Below are positions 20,681-31,600 of a DNA stretch of 64,000 nt, piece after piece. Every line of letters begins with the position of its first letter. The stretch's first letter is position 1. The stretch lies in contig OZ240241.1 of the NCBI GenBank assembly GCA_965198115.1, positions 5,344,001 through 5,408,000 on the forward strand. Reading direction: 5' to 3'. The notes under the pieces are model-generated. The model saw nothing but the letters and a program-made list of their open reading frames with translations. It was not told where the DNA came from and ran no database searches. The stretch comes from Candidatus Latescibacterota bacterium (GTDB lineage Bacteria; Latescibacterota; UBA2968). Both the position numbers and the translations under genes were made by a program.

Positions 20681-22046
20681 GAGCTCAGGTCAATAGGTGT
20701 GTAAAAGAAATCAGGCGGCCATCTTCCCGGCTTCGACCTGCGGTCCGGTTGAGTGTTTCTGATCGTAGACTTGTTGTAGCAAGTGTGGCGCGGTGAGTTT
20801 CCTGAATCGGCTCTCTGCGACCTTGAGCGTACGCCAGATGAGAGTCGTGGCGTTCCTGACTTTCTTGAATCGCCTGGCGGCGTTTGTGCGAAGCCGAACG
20901 GAAGCAAAGGGGCTCTCGACGACGTTCGTGGTTCTCAGGTGTTTCCAGTGTTCCTTCGGGAAGTCGTAGAACGTGACCATCCGATCCCAGTTTCTTTCGA
21001 GCGTCTCCACGGCGGCAGGGAACTGTGAGCGATACCGTGCGGCAAAGCGTTTCCGGAGCTTCTCGGCCTCCTTTTTCGTGCCGGCATAGGGGATCTGGAC
21101 GAGCAGTGCGCGGGCTTCAGCCTGTGCACGCTTGGCGACCTTGTCGAGCACGTTGAGGATCTTGTGGTTCCAGCACCGTTGTTGCCGGCTCTCTGGCCAG
21201 ACCTGATCAACGGCCGCCCAGATGCCCATATTCCCGTCCGCGGCGATCAGGACAGGATGTTCGAGCCCGCGATCCCGGAGATCCCGGAGCACCGTGAGCC
21301 AGGATTCTGTAGACTCTCGATAACCGGGTTCTATCGCCAGGATCTCCTTGCTGCCGTCGCTCATCGCGCCGATCACGACCAGCAGACACGCCTTCTCGCG
21401 CTCGAGCCCGGCTTTGACGTAGATGCCATCAGCCCAGGCGTAGACCAGTTCGCGATTATCCAGACGCCTTTCTTTCCAGTCCTGGAAGTCGACCTCCCAC
21501 TTCCCTCGAAGACGAGCGATCGAGGTCGGCGAAAGCGGCGCGCCATCACCGAGCAGCGCACGCAAAGACAACTCGAAGTCGCCCTGGGAGAGACCGTGGA
21601 GATAAAGGTCGGGAAGCAGATCTCCAATGGCCCTGGTTCTCCGGGCGAACAGGGGGAGGATGCGGCTTTCAAACCGCTCTTCCAGACCACGAACCCGGGG
21701 ACGCCGGACCTTGATCGTTCCGCAGCTCGTCGAGAGACGCCGGGGCTTGCCGTAGCCGTTCCTGTAGCCCGTGGAGCTATCGACCTCGGCTCGGCGCTCA
21801 TACCACGACCGGCCCAAGAACGCGGTCGCCTCCTCCTCCAGAATGGACTGGAACCGGCCCTGGATCTCTTCACGGATCCAATCGTCAACCGTCTCCCACG
21901 TCGGCATGGACTTCAATGGGACTCTATGCGTATGTTCCTTCATGGCGATCCTCCTTCCCAACCGGGCCTCTCACCCGGTTTTGTGTGAATCAACTATCTC
22001 ACGGGAAGGGTAGGGTCGCCCTTTCTCTTTTTCCACACCTTTTGAT
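20681..22046 (-). mobile_element. IS256-family element, copy 1 (one terminus cut by ISL3)
   Basis: Near-identical to copies 2 and 3; starts gagctcaggtcaataggtgtg; the other end stops at ...ttttgat, 8 nt short of the full terminus. Confidence 0.93.
20711..21961 (-). CDS. IS256 (Mutator-type) transposase
   Basis: YRNGY, ADGIY, ADG, QRCWNHK, RTTNVVES. Confidence 0.95.
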   Translation of the reverse strand: MGRRIAMKEHTHRVPLKSMPTWETVDDWIREEIQGRFQSILEEEATAFLGRSWYERRAEVDSSTGYRNGYGKPRRLSTSCGTIKVRRPRVRGLEERFESRILPLFARRTRAIGDLLPDLYLHGLSQGDFELSLRALLGDGAPLSPTSIARLRGKWEVDFQDWKERRLDNRELVYAWADGIYVKAGLEREKACLLVVIGAMSDGSKEILAIEPGYRESTESWLTVLRDLRDRGLEHPVLIAADGNMGIWAAVDQVWPESRQQRCWNHKILNVLDKVAKRAQAEARALLVQIPYAGTKKEAEKLRKRFAARYRSQFPAAVETLERNWDRMVTFYDFPKEHWKHLRTTNVVESPFASVRLRTNAARRFKKVRNATTLIWRTLKVAESRFRKLTAPHLLQQVYDQKHSTGPQVEAGKMAA

Positions 22047-23466
22047 GGCTCTATCCGGGTTTCTCAACGGTGAAACTATAGAATGACAAGGTCATAGATC
22101 GTTCCCTACGCTTGGTTGTGTGTGTAGGACAATCAAAGCGAAGGGGGTGCGACCTATGACCGGGAGCAGATTACTATCGAAACTGCTGAGATTCAAGGGG
22201 TTCCGTGTTGTCAGCTGGTGGTTTGAGGGGAGAAGCTGTTTCGTCATCGCCGTAAAGCCACATAAGAATGGTTGTTGTTGTCCGGAGTTCGGCCGTCGAG
22301 GTAAAATCGTCCGCACAATGCCCCATCCGCGTCGGTGGCGTGACATTCCGGTGTGCGGGTGGAGGGTCTGGCTTCTCTACCATCCTCGGGAGATTCGGTG
22401 TCCTACCCACGGTCGTGTGGTCGAGGAGATTCCGTGGGCGGAGCGGTTCTCTCGGGTGACGTATCGCTTCGAGTATGCCATGCTGCGCTACTGCCAGACC
22501 ATGACGCAGAAGGCGGCGTCCGAGTTGCTGCGCATCTCTGCCTCGACGCTGTCGGATCTCCTTCACCGATCCATCACGCGGCTTCGTGAAGGTCATCGTA
22601 TCCGAGGGCTCAAAACCATCGGGATCGACGAGATCTCCTACGCCAAGCGTCACAGGTACGCCACGCTCGTTTACGATCTGGACCGCTCCTGCGTGGTGTG
22701 GGTTGGCCGCGGCAGGGCGCGTAAAACGATCGATCGGTTCTTCACAGAGGCTCTCAGTCCCTACCAGAGATCCAAGATCGAGTGGGCCTGCTGCGACATG
22801 AGCGAAGCTTACATCGGAGCCATCCAGGAACACTGTCCGAATGCCAAGCTGGTCCTCGATCGCTTTCACATCGTCAAGGCTCTCAATGCCGCCGTTGACG
22901 AGGTCCGTAAGGACCAGTGGCGTAAAGCTGCCCCGGATGAGCGCAAAGCCATGAAGGGCCTCCGATGGCTCCTCTACCGGCACTCAGCGACACGCTCCAG
23001 AGGGGATACTCGGACACTCAAAGCACTGGAGAAGGCGAACTACCGAATCTATAGAGCCTGGAGACTCAAGGACGAGTTCGAGCAGTTCTGGGAATACAAA
23101 GCGCCCTGGGCTGCCGAACGCTTCCTGAAATGCTGGACGACGTCCGCACTCAGAAGTCGACGTGAACCCCTGCGAAAGTTCGTCAGGACCCTGCGACAGC
23201 ACTTCTTCGGCGTCCTCGCATTCGTGAACACGCGTCTTACCAACGCCATCGCCGAAGGCCTCAACCGAATCGTCCAAATCGTCAAGAACCGAGCCAGCGG
23301 ATTCCGCACACTCGACGCATTCAACGATATGATCTTCCTTACCGTCGGAGACATAAACATCCCTGAGCAGATTCCGAAGAGGTTCCGCACACGCTAACCG
23401 CGCCCCCATGCCAGGAACCACGGCACCTTCACCCACTTCAGCTCGTTGAGAGATCCGGATATAGCC
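22047..23466 (+). mobile_element. ISL3-family element, copy 1 (1420 bp)
   Basis: Inverted termini ggctctatccgggtttctcaacg / cgttgagagatccggatatagcc; flanks do not form a TSD. Confidence 0.95.
22120..23397 (+). CDS. ISL3 transposase (copy-specific C->F in zinc finger and L->R)
   Basis: Zinc finger, IGIDE, CDMS, DRFH, AEGLN, GFR. Confidence 0.95.
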   Translation: MCRTIKAKGVRPMTGSRLLSKLLRFKGFRVVSWWFEGRSCFVIAVKPHKNGCCCPEFGRRGKIVRTMPHPRRWRDIPVCGWRVWLLYHPREIRCPTHGRVVEEIPWAERFSRVTYRFEYAMLRYCQTMTQKAASELLRISASTLSDLLHRSITRLREGHRIRGLKTIGIDEISYAKRHRYATLVYDLDRSCVVWVGRGRARKTIDRFFTEALSPYQRSKIEWACCDMSEAYIGAIQEHCPNAKLVLDRFHIVKALNAAVDEVRKDQWRKAAPDERKAMKGLRWLLYRHSATRSRGDTRTLKALEKANYRIYRAWRLKDEFEQFWEYKAPWAAERFLKCWTTSALRSRREPLRKFVRTLRQHFFGVLAFVNTRLTNAIAEGLNRIVQIVKNRASGFRTLDAFNDMIFLTVGDINIPEQIPKRFRTR

Positions 23467-23670
23467 ATAAAAGAAGTGAAGTTCGAACGGGGTCCATACA
23501 ATGACAAATACAAGGTCCAGTTCGATTCTATCGCGACGAGGACGTATTCTTTTGAAGCAATTGACAGGACTCCCAGTGGATTTAAAATCGAATGCACGTG
23601 GGCAGAGAATTTTTATTCGGATAGAGTGGAAATTGTAAAAGTAACTTGGCGGGCAGAGGGACACGGCTAG
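23467..23670 (+). pseudogene. 3' remnant of a low-GC passenger gene of the IS1595 element
   Basis: AT-rich open frame ending in TAG overlapping the IS1595 transposase stop; 5' part replaced by ISL3. Confidence 0.45.
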
Positions 23671-24548
23671 GCAACTAACTGCTTGTATTCGATATTGGGC
23701 GATGTGAGCAGCTTTTTGAGGCCATCGCGGAAGATGTAGGGGTTGTAGCGGTTGTTGAACCTGAACTCAAGTTCGTTCAGATAGGCGTCCAGATGTTTCA
23801 CGCTGACCTTGTGATAGGCCCCGATGATGCTACGTTTCAAGAGGCTCCAGACGTTCTCGGCACTGTTCGTGTGGACCTTACCATTGACCCATTCCTCTAT
23901 ACTGTGGTTGACGGTTTCGTGGTCTTCGACGACACCGAAGTAAGCGGGCCATTCGTCCGTAAAGACCTCGGAATCCTTTTCAACGTGCCCGTGGATGAAC
24001 TTGTGAAGGGTCTTGCGCCCACGATCAGAGATGATGTCCAGCCGAATTTCTCCACCGCGCTGGACGGCACCAACAACCAACGTCTTCCCTACACGGTTTC
24101 CGCTCCCCACTCCCCGACGCTTGCCGCCGATGAAGGTCTCGTCAATTTCAACGGTGCCTTCTAACTTCGGCTCGTTCTGCTCATCGAACGCAGCCCGAAT
24201 CCGGTGGCATAGATACCAAGCTGTCTTGTAAGTGACCCCGAGTGTTCGTTCTAGTTGCTTGGCGCTGACGCCCTTCTTGGCCTCAAGCATCAGGTAGATA
24301 GCAATGAGCCATTTGCGGAGTGGCAACTTGGAATCGTGGAAGATGGTTCCTGATTTCACACTGAACTGATATTCACACTTAGCGCACTCAAACTTGTCTT
24401 GATTCTGAAGCGTTGAAACCTTGTCGTGATTGCACCGGGGGCAGGTTGGGCCGTTCGGCCAGCGTAGCTTGGTCAGATAATCGCGGCAATCTTCCTCGTC
24501 CCCGAAGCGGTCAATCAAATCAATCAAACTCATTTTCTTGGTAGCCAT
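23667..24548 (-). CDS. IS1595 (ISXO2-like DDE) transposase
   Basis: LRWPNGPTCPRC zinc ribbon, GTIFHDSKLPL, EIDET, TDE, VNHS, HTNSAE, EFRFNNR. Confidence 0.95.
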   Translation of the reverse strand: MATKKMSLIDLIDRFGDEEDCRDYLTKLRWPNGPTCPRCNHDKVSTLQNQDKFECAKCEYQFSVKSGTIFHDSKLPLRKWLIAIYLMLEAKKGVSAKQLERTLGVTYKTAWYLCHRIRAAFDEQNEPKLEGTVEIDETFIGGKRRGVGSGNRVGKTLVVGAVQRGGEIRLDIISDRGRKTLHKFIHGHVEKDSEVFTDEWPAYFGVVEDHETVNHSIEEWVNGKVHTNSAENVWSLLKRSIIGAYHKVSVKHLDAYLNELEFRFNNRYNPYIFRDGLKKLLTSPNIEYKQLVA

Positions 24549-24550
24549 CT

Positions 24551-24697
24551 ATGCCTCGCCGAAAGAGAATCAAGAACCTGAAAGCCGAAGAAGTCGAGAA
24601 GCTGACCGACGACGAAGCCGTCGAAAGGATGTTCGGAAAACGGGTTCTGAAGGAACTGAAAAAAGAAACTGGCAAGGACTCAAAAGACCAGAAGTGA
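24551..24697 (+). CDS. 48-aa small protein divergent from the IS1595 transposase
   Basis: Read by hand: MPRRKRIKNLKAEEVEKLTDDEAVERMFGKRVLKELKKETGKDSKDQK*; ATG is 2 bp from the transposase ATG. Confidence 0.5.
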   Translation: MPRRKRIKNLKAEEVEKLTDDEAVERMFGKRVLKELKKETGKDSKDQK

Positions 24698-24795
24698 CGG
24701 GCCTTTCTCGCCCTCACTTCTAATATACAGAATGACTAACCCTTCGTAAAGTATATAATCCCGCAATTTTCTATCTTCAATCCCAAGAGCCATTC

Positions 24796-25818
24796 TTGTC
24801 TGAAGCAACTGTCACCCGCATCGAACAGCAGACCCTCGATCGCCTGACCGAAGGCCTATCGCGGATGCTCGAGGAAATCCACAAAGTGATCGTTGGCCAG
24901 GAGGACGTCGTCGAGTCCCTCACGATCGTCCTCCTATCGGGCAGCCACGGGCTGCTCACGGGGGCACCCGGCCTCGCCAAAACGCTCCTCATTCGAACGA
25001 TCGCTCGCATCCTCCACCTCGACTTCAACCGGATTCAGTTCACACCCGACCTGATGCCGGCCGACATCCTCGGAACGGAAATCATCGATGAGGACCGGGC
25101 GAGCGGCCATCGCGAGCTCCGTTTCATCCCGGGGCCGGTCTTTACCAACCTCCTCCTCGCCGACGAAATCAACCGGACCCCGCCCAAAACGCAGGCCGCC
25201 CTGCTCGAGGCGATGGAGGAAAGACAGGTCACCGTCGGGGGCGAACGACGTCTGGTCGAATCGCCCTTCTTCGTCCTGGCCACGCAGAACCCGATCGAGC
25301 TCGAAGGCACCTTCCCTTTGCCCGAAGCCCAGCTCGATCGATTTCTCCTCAACATCCGGATCGATTACCTCAGCGAGGACGAAGAGCTCGACGTCGTCCA
25401 TCGCACGACCGGCGTAGAGGGCCACGACGTGGAAACCGTCTTCACGGGAGAGGATATGCTCGCCTTCGCACGCCTCGTACGCACCGTGCACGTGGCCGAT
25501 CCGATCGCCCGCTACGCGGTTCAGCTCGCGCAGGCGAGCCGCCCCACATCATCCCACGCACCCGATTTCGTCCGTGACTGGGTCAGCTGGGGCGCCGGCA
25601 CAAGGGGGTCCCAGAGCCTGCTTCTGGCCGCCAAAGCCCGAGCGCTCCTGCACGACCGAATCCACGTCTCCATCGCAGACATTCAGGCCGTCGCTCACGC
25701 CGCCCTTCGACATCGCATCCTCACCAATTTCCGCGCCGATGCCGATCACATCGACAGCGACCGCATCGTCGACGAGCTCCTCGACTTCGTGGACGAACCC
25801 CGCTCTGGACTTTCGTGA
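24796..25818 (+). CDS. moxR: MoxR-family AAA+ ATPase
   Basis: GAPGLAKT Walker A, RIQFTPDLMPAD, LADEINRTPPKTQAALLEAM, LPEAQLDRF. Confidence 0.95.
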   Translation: MSEATVTRIEQQTLDRLTEGLSRMLEEIHKVIVGQEDVVESLTIVLLSGSHGLLTGAPGLAKTLLIRTIARILHLDFNRIQFTPDLMPADILGTEIIDEDRASGHRELRFIPGPVFTNLLLADEINRTPPKTQAALLEAMEERQVTVGGERRLVESPFFVLATQNPIELEGTFPLPEAQLDRFLLNIRIDYLSEDEELDVVHRTTGVEGHDVETVFTGEDMLAFARLVRTVHVADPIARYAVQLAQASRPTSSHAPDFVRDWVSWGAGTRGSQSLLLAAKARALLHDRIHVSIADIQAVAHAALRHRILTNFRADADHIDSDRIVDELLDFVDEPRSGLS

Positions 25819-26744
25819 GCCGCCTGCCCACGACCACGCCCCTCGACCTGGCCGACCTGGCAGGCATCGAAGACCTCGCCCTCCTGTCGCGCACGGTCGT
25901 CGCCTCGCTCGGGCCGGGCATGCACCGAAGCGCGCACACCGGCACCTCGGCCGAATTCGAGCAGTATCGACCCTACGCCCAGGGGGATGATACCCGTTTC
26001 GTCGACTGGAAACTCTACGGTCGAAGCGACCGGCTTCACGTGAAGCAGTTCTCGGAGGAAACCAGCCTGCGGACGACGATCCTGCTCGACTGTAGCGGGT
26101 CGATGAACTACGGATCGGGCCCGATCACCAAGTTTCAGTATGCCCGGATGCTGGCCGCCAGCCTGATCCGTCTGTCAAACGCCCAGCGGGACGCGGTCGG
26201 CTTCGCCGCGTATCATCACGACCTTTTGGCCTACCTGCCGCCACGCCGGAGCCCGGGCTGGACCCACCGCCTCCTCGTCAAACTCGCGCGACAGACGCCA
26301 CAGGGAGACACGGACACCACCGCCACCCTGCGCTTCGTGGGCGACGCATTGCCCGGCAGCGGAATGATCGTTCTCATCAGCGACCTCCTACACCCGATCG
26401 AGACGGCGCTACAGCACCTCCGTCTCCTGCGAGGACACCGTCACGACGTCCTCGTCCTGCAGATCAGCGATGTCGCCGAATGCACGTTCGCGTTCGACCG
26501 GGCCGTCGTCCTGACCGATCTCGAAAGCGGGAGCGAACGATACGCCGTCCCGGAGGCCGTCCGGGAGGGCTATCTCGAGAATCGGCGCCGTCACTTCGAC
26601 GCGATCCGACAGGCCTGCCTCAGATCCGAGATCGACTTCGCCGAATTCGTCACACGCGATCCGTTGCAGGACGCACTCCGACGCTACCTGCTTCACCGAC
26701 GTAACGCCATCCTCACCCGAAGCCGCAGACGAACGCGCGCCTGA
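25815..26744 (+). CDS. DUF58 domain protein
   Basis: G.H.S...G...EF..YR.Y..GDD...DWK; DCSGSM. Confidence 0.92.
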   Translation: MSRLPTTTPLDLADLAGIEDLALLSRTVVASLGPGMHRSAHTGTSAEFEQYRPYAQGDDTRFVDWKLYGRSDRLHVKQFSEETSLRTTILLDCSGSMNYGSGPITKFQYARMLAASLIRLSNAQRDAVGFAAYHHDLLAYLPPRRSPGWTHRLLVKLARQTPQGDTDTTATLRFVGDALPGSGMIVLISDLLHPIETALQHLRLLRGHRHDVLVLQISDVAECTFAFDRAVVLTDLESGSERYAVPEAVREGYLENRRRHFDAIRQACLRSEIDFAEFVTRDPLQDALRRYLLHRRNAILTRSRRRTRA

Positions 26745-28693
26745 TGTCGTTCTCTTTCCTCACACCCTGGCTCCTCGGTGGCCTCGTCCTGTCCGTCTTG
26801 CCCTGGCTGATTCACCGAATCCGCAGACCCGAACAGAACCTCGTGCCGTTCAGCAGTCTGATGTTCGTGCCCGCGGTCGAACGCCGGGTCATCGAGCGAC
26901 GCAACGTGCAGCACATCCTCCTGATGCTGATGCGCGTTGCCCTCGTCGTCCTGGTCACGATCGCCTTCGCCCGCCCGTTCGGATCCCGTGGCATCGCTCC
27001 CCAAGAGGACGTCCGCCGGGTCGGTGATCACGTCATCCTGATCGACATCTCCGCCAGCATGCGCAGCGACGGCTACCTCGAACGCGCGACCGCCGCGGCT
27101 GCCGGCATTCTGGACGATCGCGACAGGGACGACCGGGTCGCTCTCATCACCTTCGCCCGGCACGCACGGCTGCTCGTGCCCCTGGTGGAGCCGACTCAAG
27201 AGATCGACCGACTCGGGGCTGCACGGATCGCCCTCGTCGGGATCGCACCGACCTTCGAATCGACCGACTACGCGAGAGCGCTCGAGGGAGCAATCGATCA
27301 ACTGCGACATACCGAAGGTCAGCCCGATCGAGACCGGGTCATCCATCTCGTGACAGACCTCCAGGCATCGGGTCTCGACACGAACATACGCGCGATCGTC
27401 CCCGCGGGAATCGAGCTTCGTCTTTCGAACATCGCCGCACCCCGGCGCAACGCGACCCTCCAGGACGCGGTCGTCACGCCCTCTCATCGCGACCTCACGG
27501 CCCGTGTACGCATCAAAAACTGGAACGCGGAACCCGACATTGCCGTCCTTCTCCACACGGCCGGCCACGAACCTGTCGAAAAACGGGTCGCCATCCTTCC
27601 CGGCAACGCCACACGCATCGACTTTCCCCTCGGCCCCATACCCGATCGAGCGGTCACGGGCTACTTTGAAATCGAGGACGACGACCTCGACGCGGACAAT
27701 CGACGCTACTTCGCGTGGCAGCCTCAGCGGAAGTGGACCGTCGGTCTCCTCGAGCGCTCGGGTCTACGAACCTTTGTCGAAGCCGCGATCCCGAACGACC
27801 CCAGGCTGCCCTTCCGCGTGTTGCCCGACGACGACGATCTCGCAACCGCGGATGTGATCCTGACCGACGACCTCGACGCGGATCGGCTCGGCCGACTCGA
27901 ACGGGGCATTCCCCTGATACTTTTTCCCTCGCGATTCACCGTCGGCCGACTCGACACCTCACTCGCGCGGATCGGCGTTCGAACGAACGGAGTGCGACAC
28001 CTCCCCATCCCGGAGCAAGTGGCCTGGGCGGACTTCGATCATCCGATCTTCTATCCCCTTCGCGCTCCCGGCTACAACGATTTTACCACACTCCGGGTCT
28101 CCGCCCACCTCGACCTCTCCATCGCCGACGCGGACACCGCAGCGCGTGTTCTGTCGCGACTCGAATCGGACAGAATCGCCTTTCTTGAAAAACGGTTGGG
28201 CGACGGCCGGCTCCTCATCTGGACGGCCGGGCTCGACCCGCGGTGGTCATCGACGATCCGCGATCCCCGATTCGTCCCCCTGATCCACGAATCACTCGCT
28301 TACCTGACCGGAACGATCGAGCGACAGAGGACGCGTCTCGTCGGCGACCTCCCCGTCGCGCCGGACGATCAGCAGGGATGGCGTCTCGACGGTGAGACCG
28401 ATCCATCGGGCTATCTCGAACCCGGCATCCGCACCTGGCGCATCGGCAATCGGACGATCGAAGACGTGGTCAACCTCGATCCCATCGAGGGCGACCTCTC
28501 TGTGGCTGACGAGGCATTGACCCACGCGCAGCTCACGGGGGCAGCACACGTGGCTCACGACGCGATCGCCGGAACGATAGGATCGGAGCCGCGGCACGAA
28601 TACGGACGGACTCTCGTGGTCTTCGGTCTCCTTCTCGCCTGCGCCGAAGGCACCTACGCCGCGTTCCTGAATCGGAAAGGGGCCGCGACGTGA
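26744..28693 (+). CDS. BatA N-terminal + vWA membrane protein
   Basis: MSFSFLTPWLL...IH...FSSL..ARP BatA motif; DISASM MIDAS; C-terminal TM segment. Confidence 0.88.
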   Translation: MSFSFLTPWLLGGLVLSVLPWLIHRIRRPEQNLVPFSSLMFVPAVERRVIERRNVQHILLMLMRVALVVLVTIAFARPFGSRGIAPQEDVRRVGDHVILIDISASMRSDGYLERATAAAAGILDDRDRDDRVALITFARHARLLVPLVEPTQEIDRLGAARIALVGIAPTFESTDYARALEGAIDQLRHTEGQPDRDRVIHLVTDLQASGLDTNIRAIVPAGIELRLSNIAAPRRNATLQDAVVTPSHRDLTARVRIKNWNAEPDIAVLLHTAGHEPVEKRVAILPGNATRIDFPLGPIPDRAVTGYFEIEDDDLDADNRRYFAWQPQRKWTVGLLERSGLRTFVEAAIPNDPRLPFRVLPDDDDLATADVILTDDLDADRLGRLERGIPLILFPSRFTVGRLDTSLARIGVRTNGVRHLPIPEQVAWADFDHPIFYPLRAPGYNDFTTLRVSAHLDLSIADADTAARVLSRLESDRIAFLEKRLGDGRLLIWTAGLDPRWSSTIRDPRFVPLIHESLAYLTGTIERQRTRLVGDLPVAPDDQQGWRLDGETDPSGYLEPGIRTWRIGNRTIEDVVNLDPIEGDLSVADEALTHAQLTGAAHVAHDAIAGTIGSEPRHEYGRTLVVFGLLLACAEGTYAAFLNRKGAAT

Positions 28694-31600
28694 TCGTGAA
28701 CCCCCTCGAGGCCAGACTCGCGGATCTGGCCCGTCAGTTCGCCCGACGCGAAAGAGCGAACGCCCTTCTCCGAGCAACCGCGTTCTTCAGCACCCTAACC
28801 GTCGGGCTGGGTCTGTCGTTTCTGCTGCTCGACGGTCGACCCGTGCCGTTGGCCCTTCCCTGTGTCATCTACATCACCTTACTCGTCGTCTGCTGGCGAC
28901 GTTACGTTCGGCCGACGGTCGCCATGTCACGGGAACAGATCGCTCTCTTTCTGGACGAGCGGCATCCCGAACTCCAGAACCTCTTCGTCACCGGAGCCAC
29001 GGCCGAATCGCAACGGGGTCGCCTGCCCGAGTGGGTCCTCGACCGCATCCTCCACACGGCCCGCGAAGAAGCCCAGCGTGTAACGCTTCCCACTTTTTTC
29101 TCCAGCAGGGACGATGCAAGATGGGCGGTGCGTCGGATCGGGATCGTGGCCATCGGTGTGATCGCACTGATCGGTGTCTTCGCCCACTGGGACCTCGATC
29201 GCCTGGGCACCGGGCTCGTCACAGGACTCGTTCCCGAGCCGATCCCGTTCACGGTCGAGCCGGGTGATGCCAGGATCCGATCGGGTGACGATCAGGTCGT
29301 CTGGCTGAGGACGAGCGATCGAACCTCGGCGAAAACCATCCGCTGGCGCGAGGCGGGTGGTGTCTGGCGACGCGATGTCTTTCTCCCGAGCCGGTCTGAG
29401 GATGTCTTCTACTTCCGGCTCGCGTCGGTCCGCGCCGACACCGAATACGGCGCAAGGGTAGGTCAACAGGTGTCGAACGACTACCGCCTGTCCGTCTACA
29501 CGCCTCCGACGATCACGGCCATCGATTTCACCTGCCATTACCCGGACTACCTGCGGCAACCACCCAAACCGTTCCCCTACAGCCACGATCTCAGCATCCC
29601 ACAGGGCGGTGATCTCGACATCGTCGTCCACGTCAACAAGCCGCTGGTCTCGGCGGACCTCTTGTTCGCCGGCGACCCCGACGCCCTCCCTCTCGAACGA
29701 ACATCCGAGCTCCTCTGGCACGGACGATGGACCGTCACGCGCGACGACAGCTTTCGCGTTCATCTCAAGGACGGGATGGGCGACACCAACGAGGACGCGT
29801 CCTGGCACATCATCGAGGCACGCGTCGACGGTGCACCCGTCGTCCGGATCCGCGAACCCAGGGGGGATGGTGAGGCCACGCGAATCGAGGAAATTCCCTT
29901 CCTGTTTACCGTCAAAGACGATCACGGGCTCCACGACTTCGGCATCCAGTACGAAACAGTCGGCGACGACCCTGTTCGCATTTCACTCAGGCGTGAAGCA
30001 GGCATGCCTCAGAACGTGAATGTCGAGCATCTGCTCTCTCTCGAGGATCTGACGCTCGAACCGGGTGATTATCTCGTCTGGAGCGTGTGGGCGGAAGACG
30101 GACGGCACCGGGATCGCTTCGAAACGCTCGGCGATCCGTATTTCCTCGAAATCAGACCTTTTCGCCGCACCTTCAGCGAGGCCGTCACCAACGAAGGCAC
30201 GGAACGCGGAACGGCGGAGGATGCGGATCCTGCATCCAGACAGAAGCAAATCATCATCGGTACCTGGAACCTGCGGCGCCATTCGCGTACCCTCGATGCC
30301 GAGGCCTTCGAGATCCGGCGTGACAGACTCGCAAAGGCCCAGCTCGACCTTGCAGAAGAAGGTCTACCCCTGTCCAAAAAAGCTGCAACCTTTCGCGAGG
30401 CCGCCAACGCGGCCGCCGCTGCCATCCGCGATGCCGACCCGGACGACCCAGCCCCGAACCTCGCTCGAGCGTTGACCGAGGAACAACGTGCGTATCGCGT
30501 ACTCCTCCAACTCCGCCCGAAAGAATCCCAGATCGCTCGTTTCCGGGGGGGTCGAGGAGGAGGTCGCGACGGCGACCGAAACACGATCAACGCCCTGGAG
30601 CTCTCCGACCGGACGGATTTCGAGGAACAGGCCACCACGCTCGACCAGCAGCTCGCCGACACGGAAGCCGTGCGCGACCGGATCGACGACCTGGCGCGCC
30701 GCCAGGCCACGATCAATCGAGACCTCAATGACCTCGTCTCGGAACGACCGGCCGACGCCGTCGTCGAACAGGATAAACGCCGCCTCCAGCGTCTGCTCGA
30801 CGAGCAGCAGCGTGCCCTCGCCGACCTCGATAATCTCCAATCCGACGTGGCCTCACGAAGCCTCGACCCCGAGCAGGCCGCTGCCGCCCGAGGACGTCTC
30901 GGGCAAGCCAGAGAACAGATGGAACGCGGGATGGACAGTCTGGAGCAAGGCGAGTTCCAGCAGGCCCGCGCGGCCGGGCGACGTGCGCGGGGCACCCTCG
31001 ACGAGGCCAACGAGGAGCTGCAACAGCTCTCGCGTCAGGTGGCCGCGGATCGAATGCGACAACTGCAGGAACGGCTGCGCGGGCTGAGTCGGGAGCAGGA
31101 AGGAATCCGCGACCGCATTGCCGAACAGGAAACGCAGCGCGGCGACCTGGCCGCGTCAGAGAGGGCTTCGGAGCACATCCTCGAACGCAAGCGGAACCTG
31201 GCCGGTGATTTTTCAGACTTCATGAATGAAGCGGGTGAGCTCGCCGAGCGATCCGCTCAGAGCCAAACCCTTCTGTCCCATCGACTCGGGGATTGGTTGA
31301 GACGCACGAGTCGCGCCGGCATCTACGAAGACATCGAAAAAGGTGAACGATACATCCGCTACGGCGCGTGGGATGTCTCACGTGACTTCGAAACAGCGTT
31401 GTTAGAACGTCTGACCCGCGCAGCGGACAGTCTCGACGTCATCGCCCGAGACGCCGTCCAGGACGACCTCGAAGCGATGCGGCGTGCGCTGACCGCACTC
31501 GAGGACCTTGCGGAGGAGGAATCGATCGAGGACATCGTCCGTCCCGATGACCGATCCGGACGGGTCTGGGACCGCCAGCTCCGAGCGGCGGAATCCCTCC

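Larger units (their letters stand above)
23467..24763 (-). mobile_element. IS1595-family element (distal end deleted)
   Basis: Transposase plus putative terminus gtatataatcccg (cgggattatatac on - strand); no partner terminus remains. Confidence 0.8.

Noticed and set aside
21164-21988. Antisense ORFs repeated in IS256, ISL3 and ISAzo13 copies
   Set aside because: Conserved only because the IS DNA is near-identical; some are broken by SNPs in sister copies
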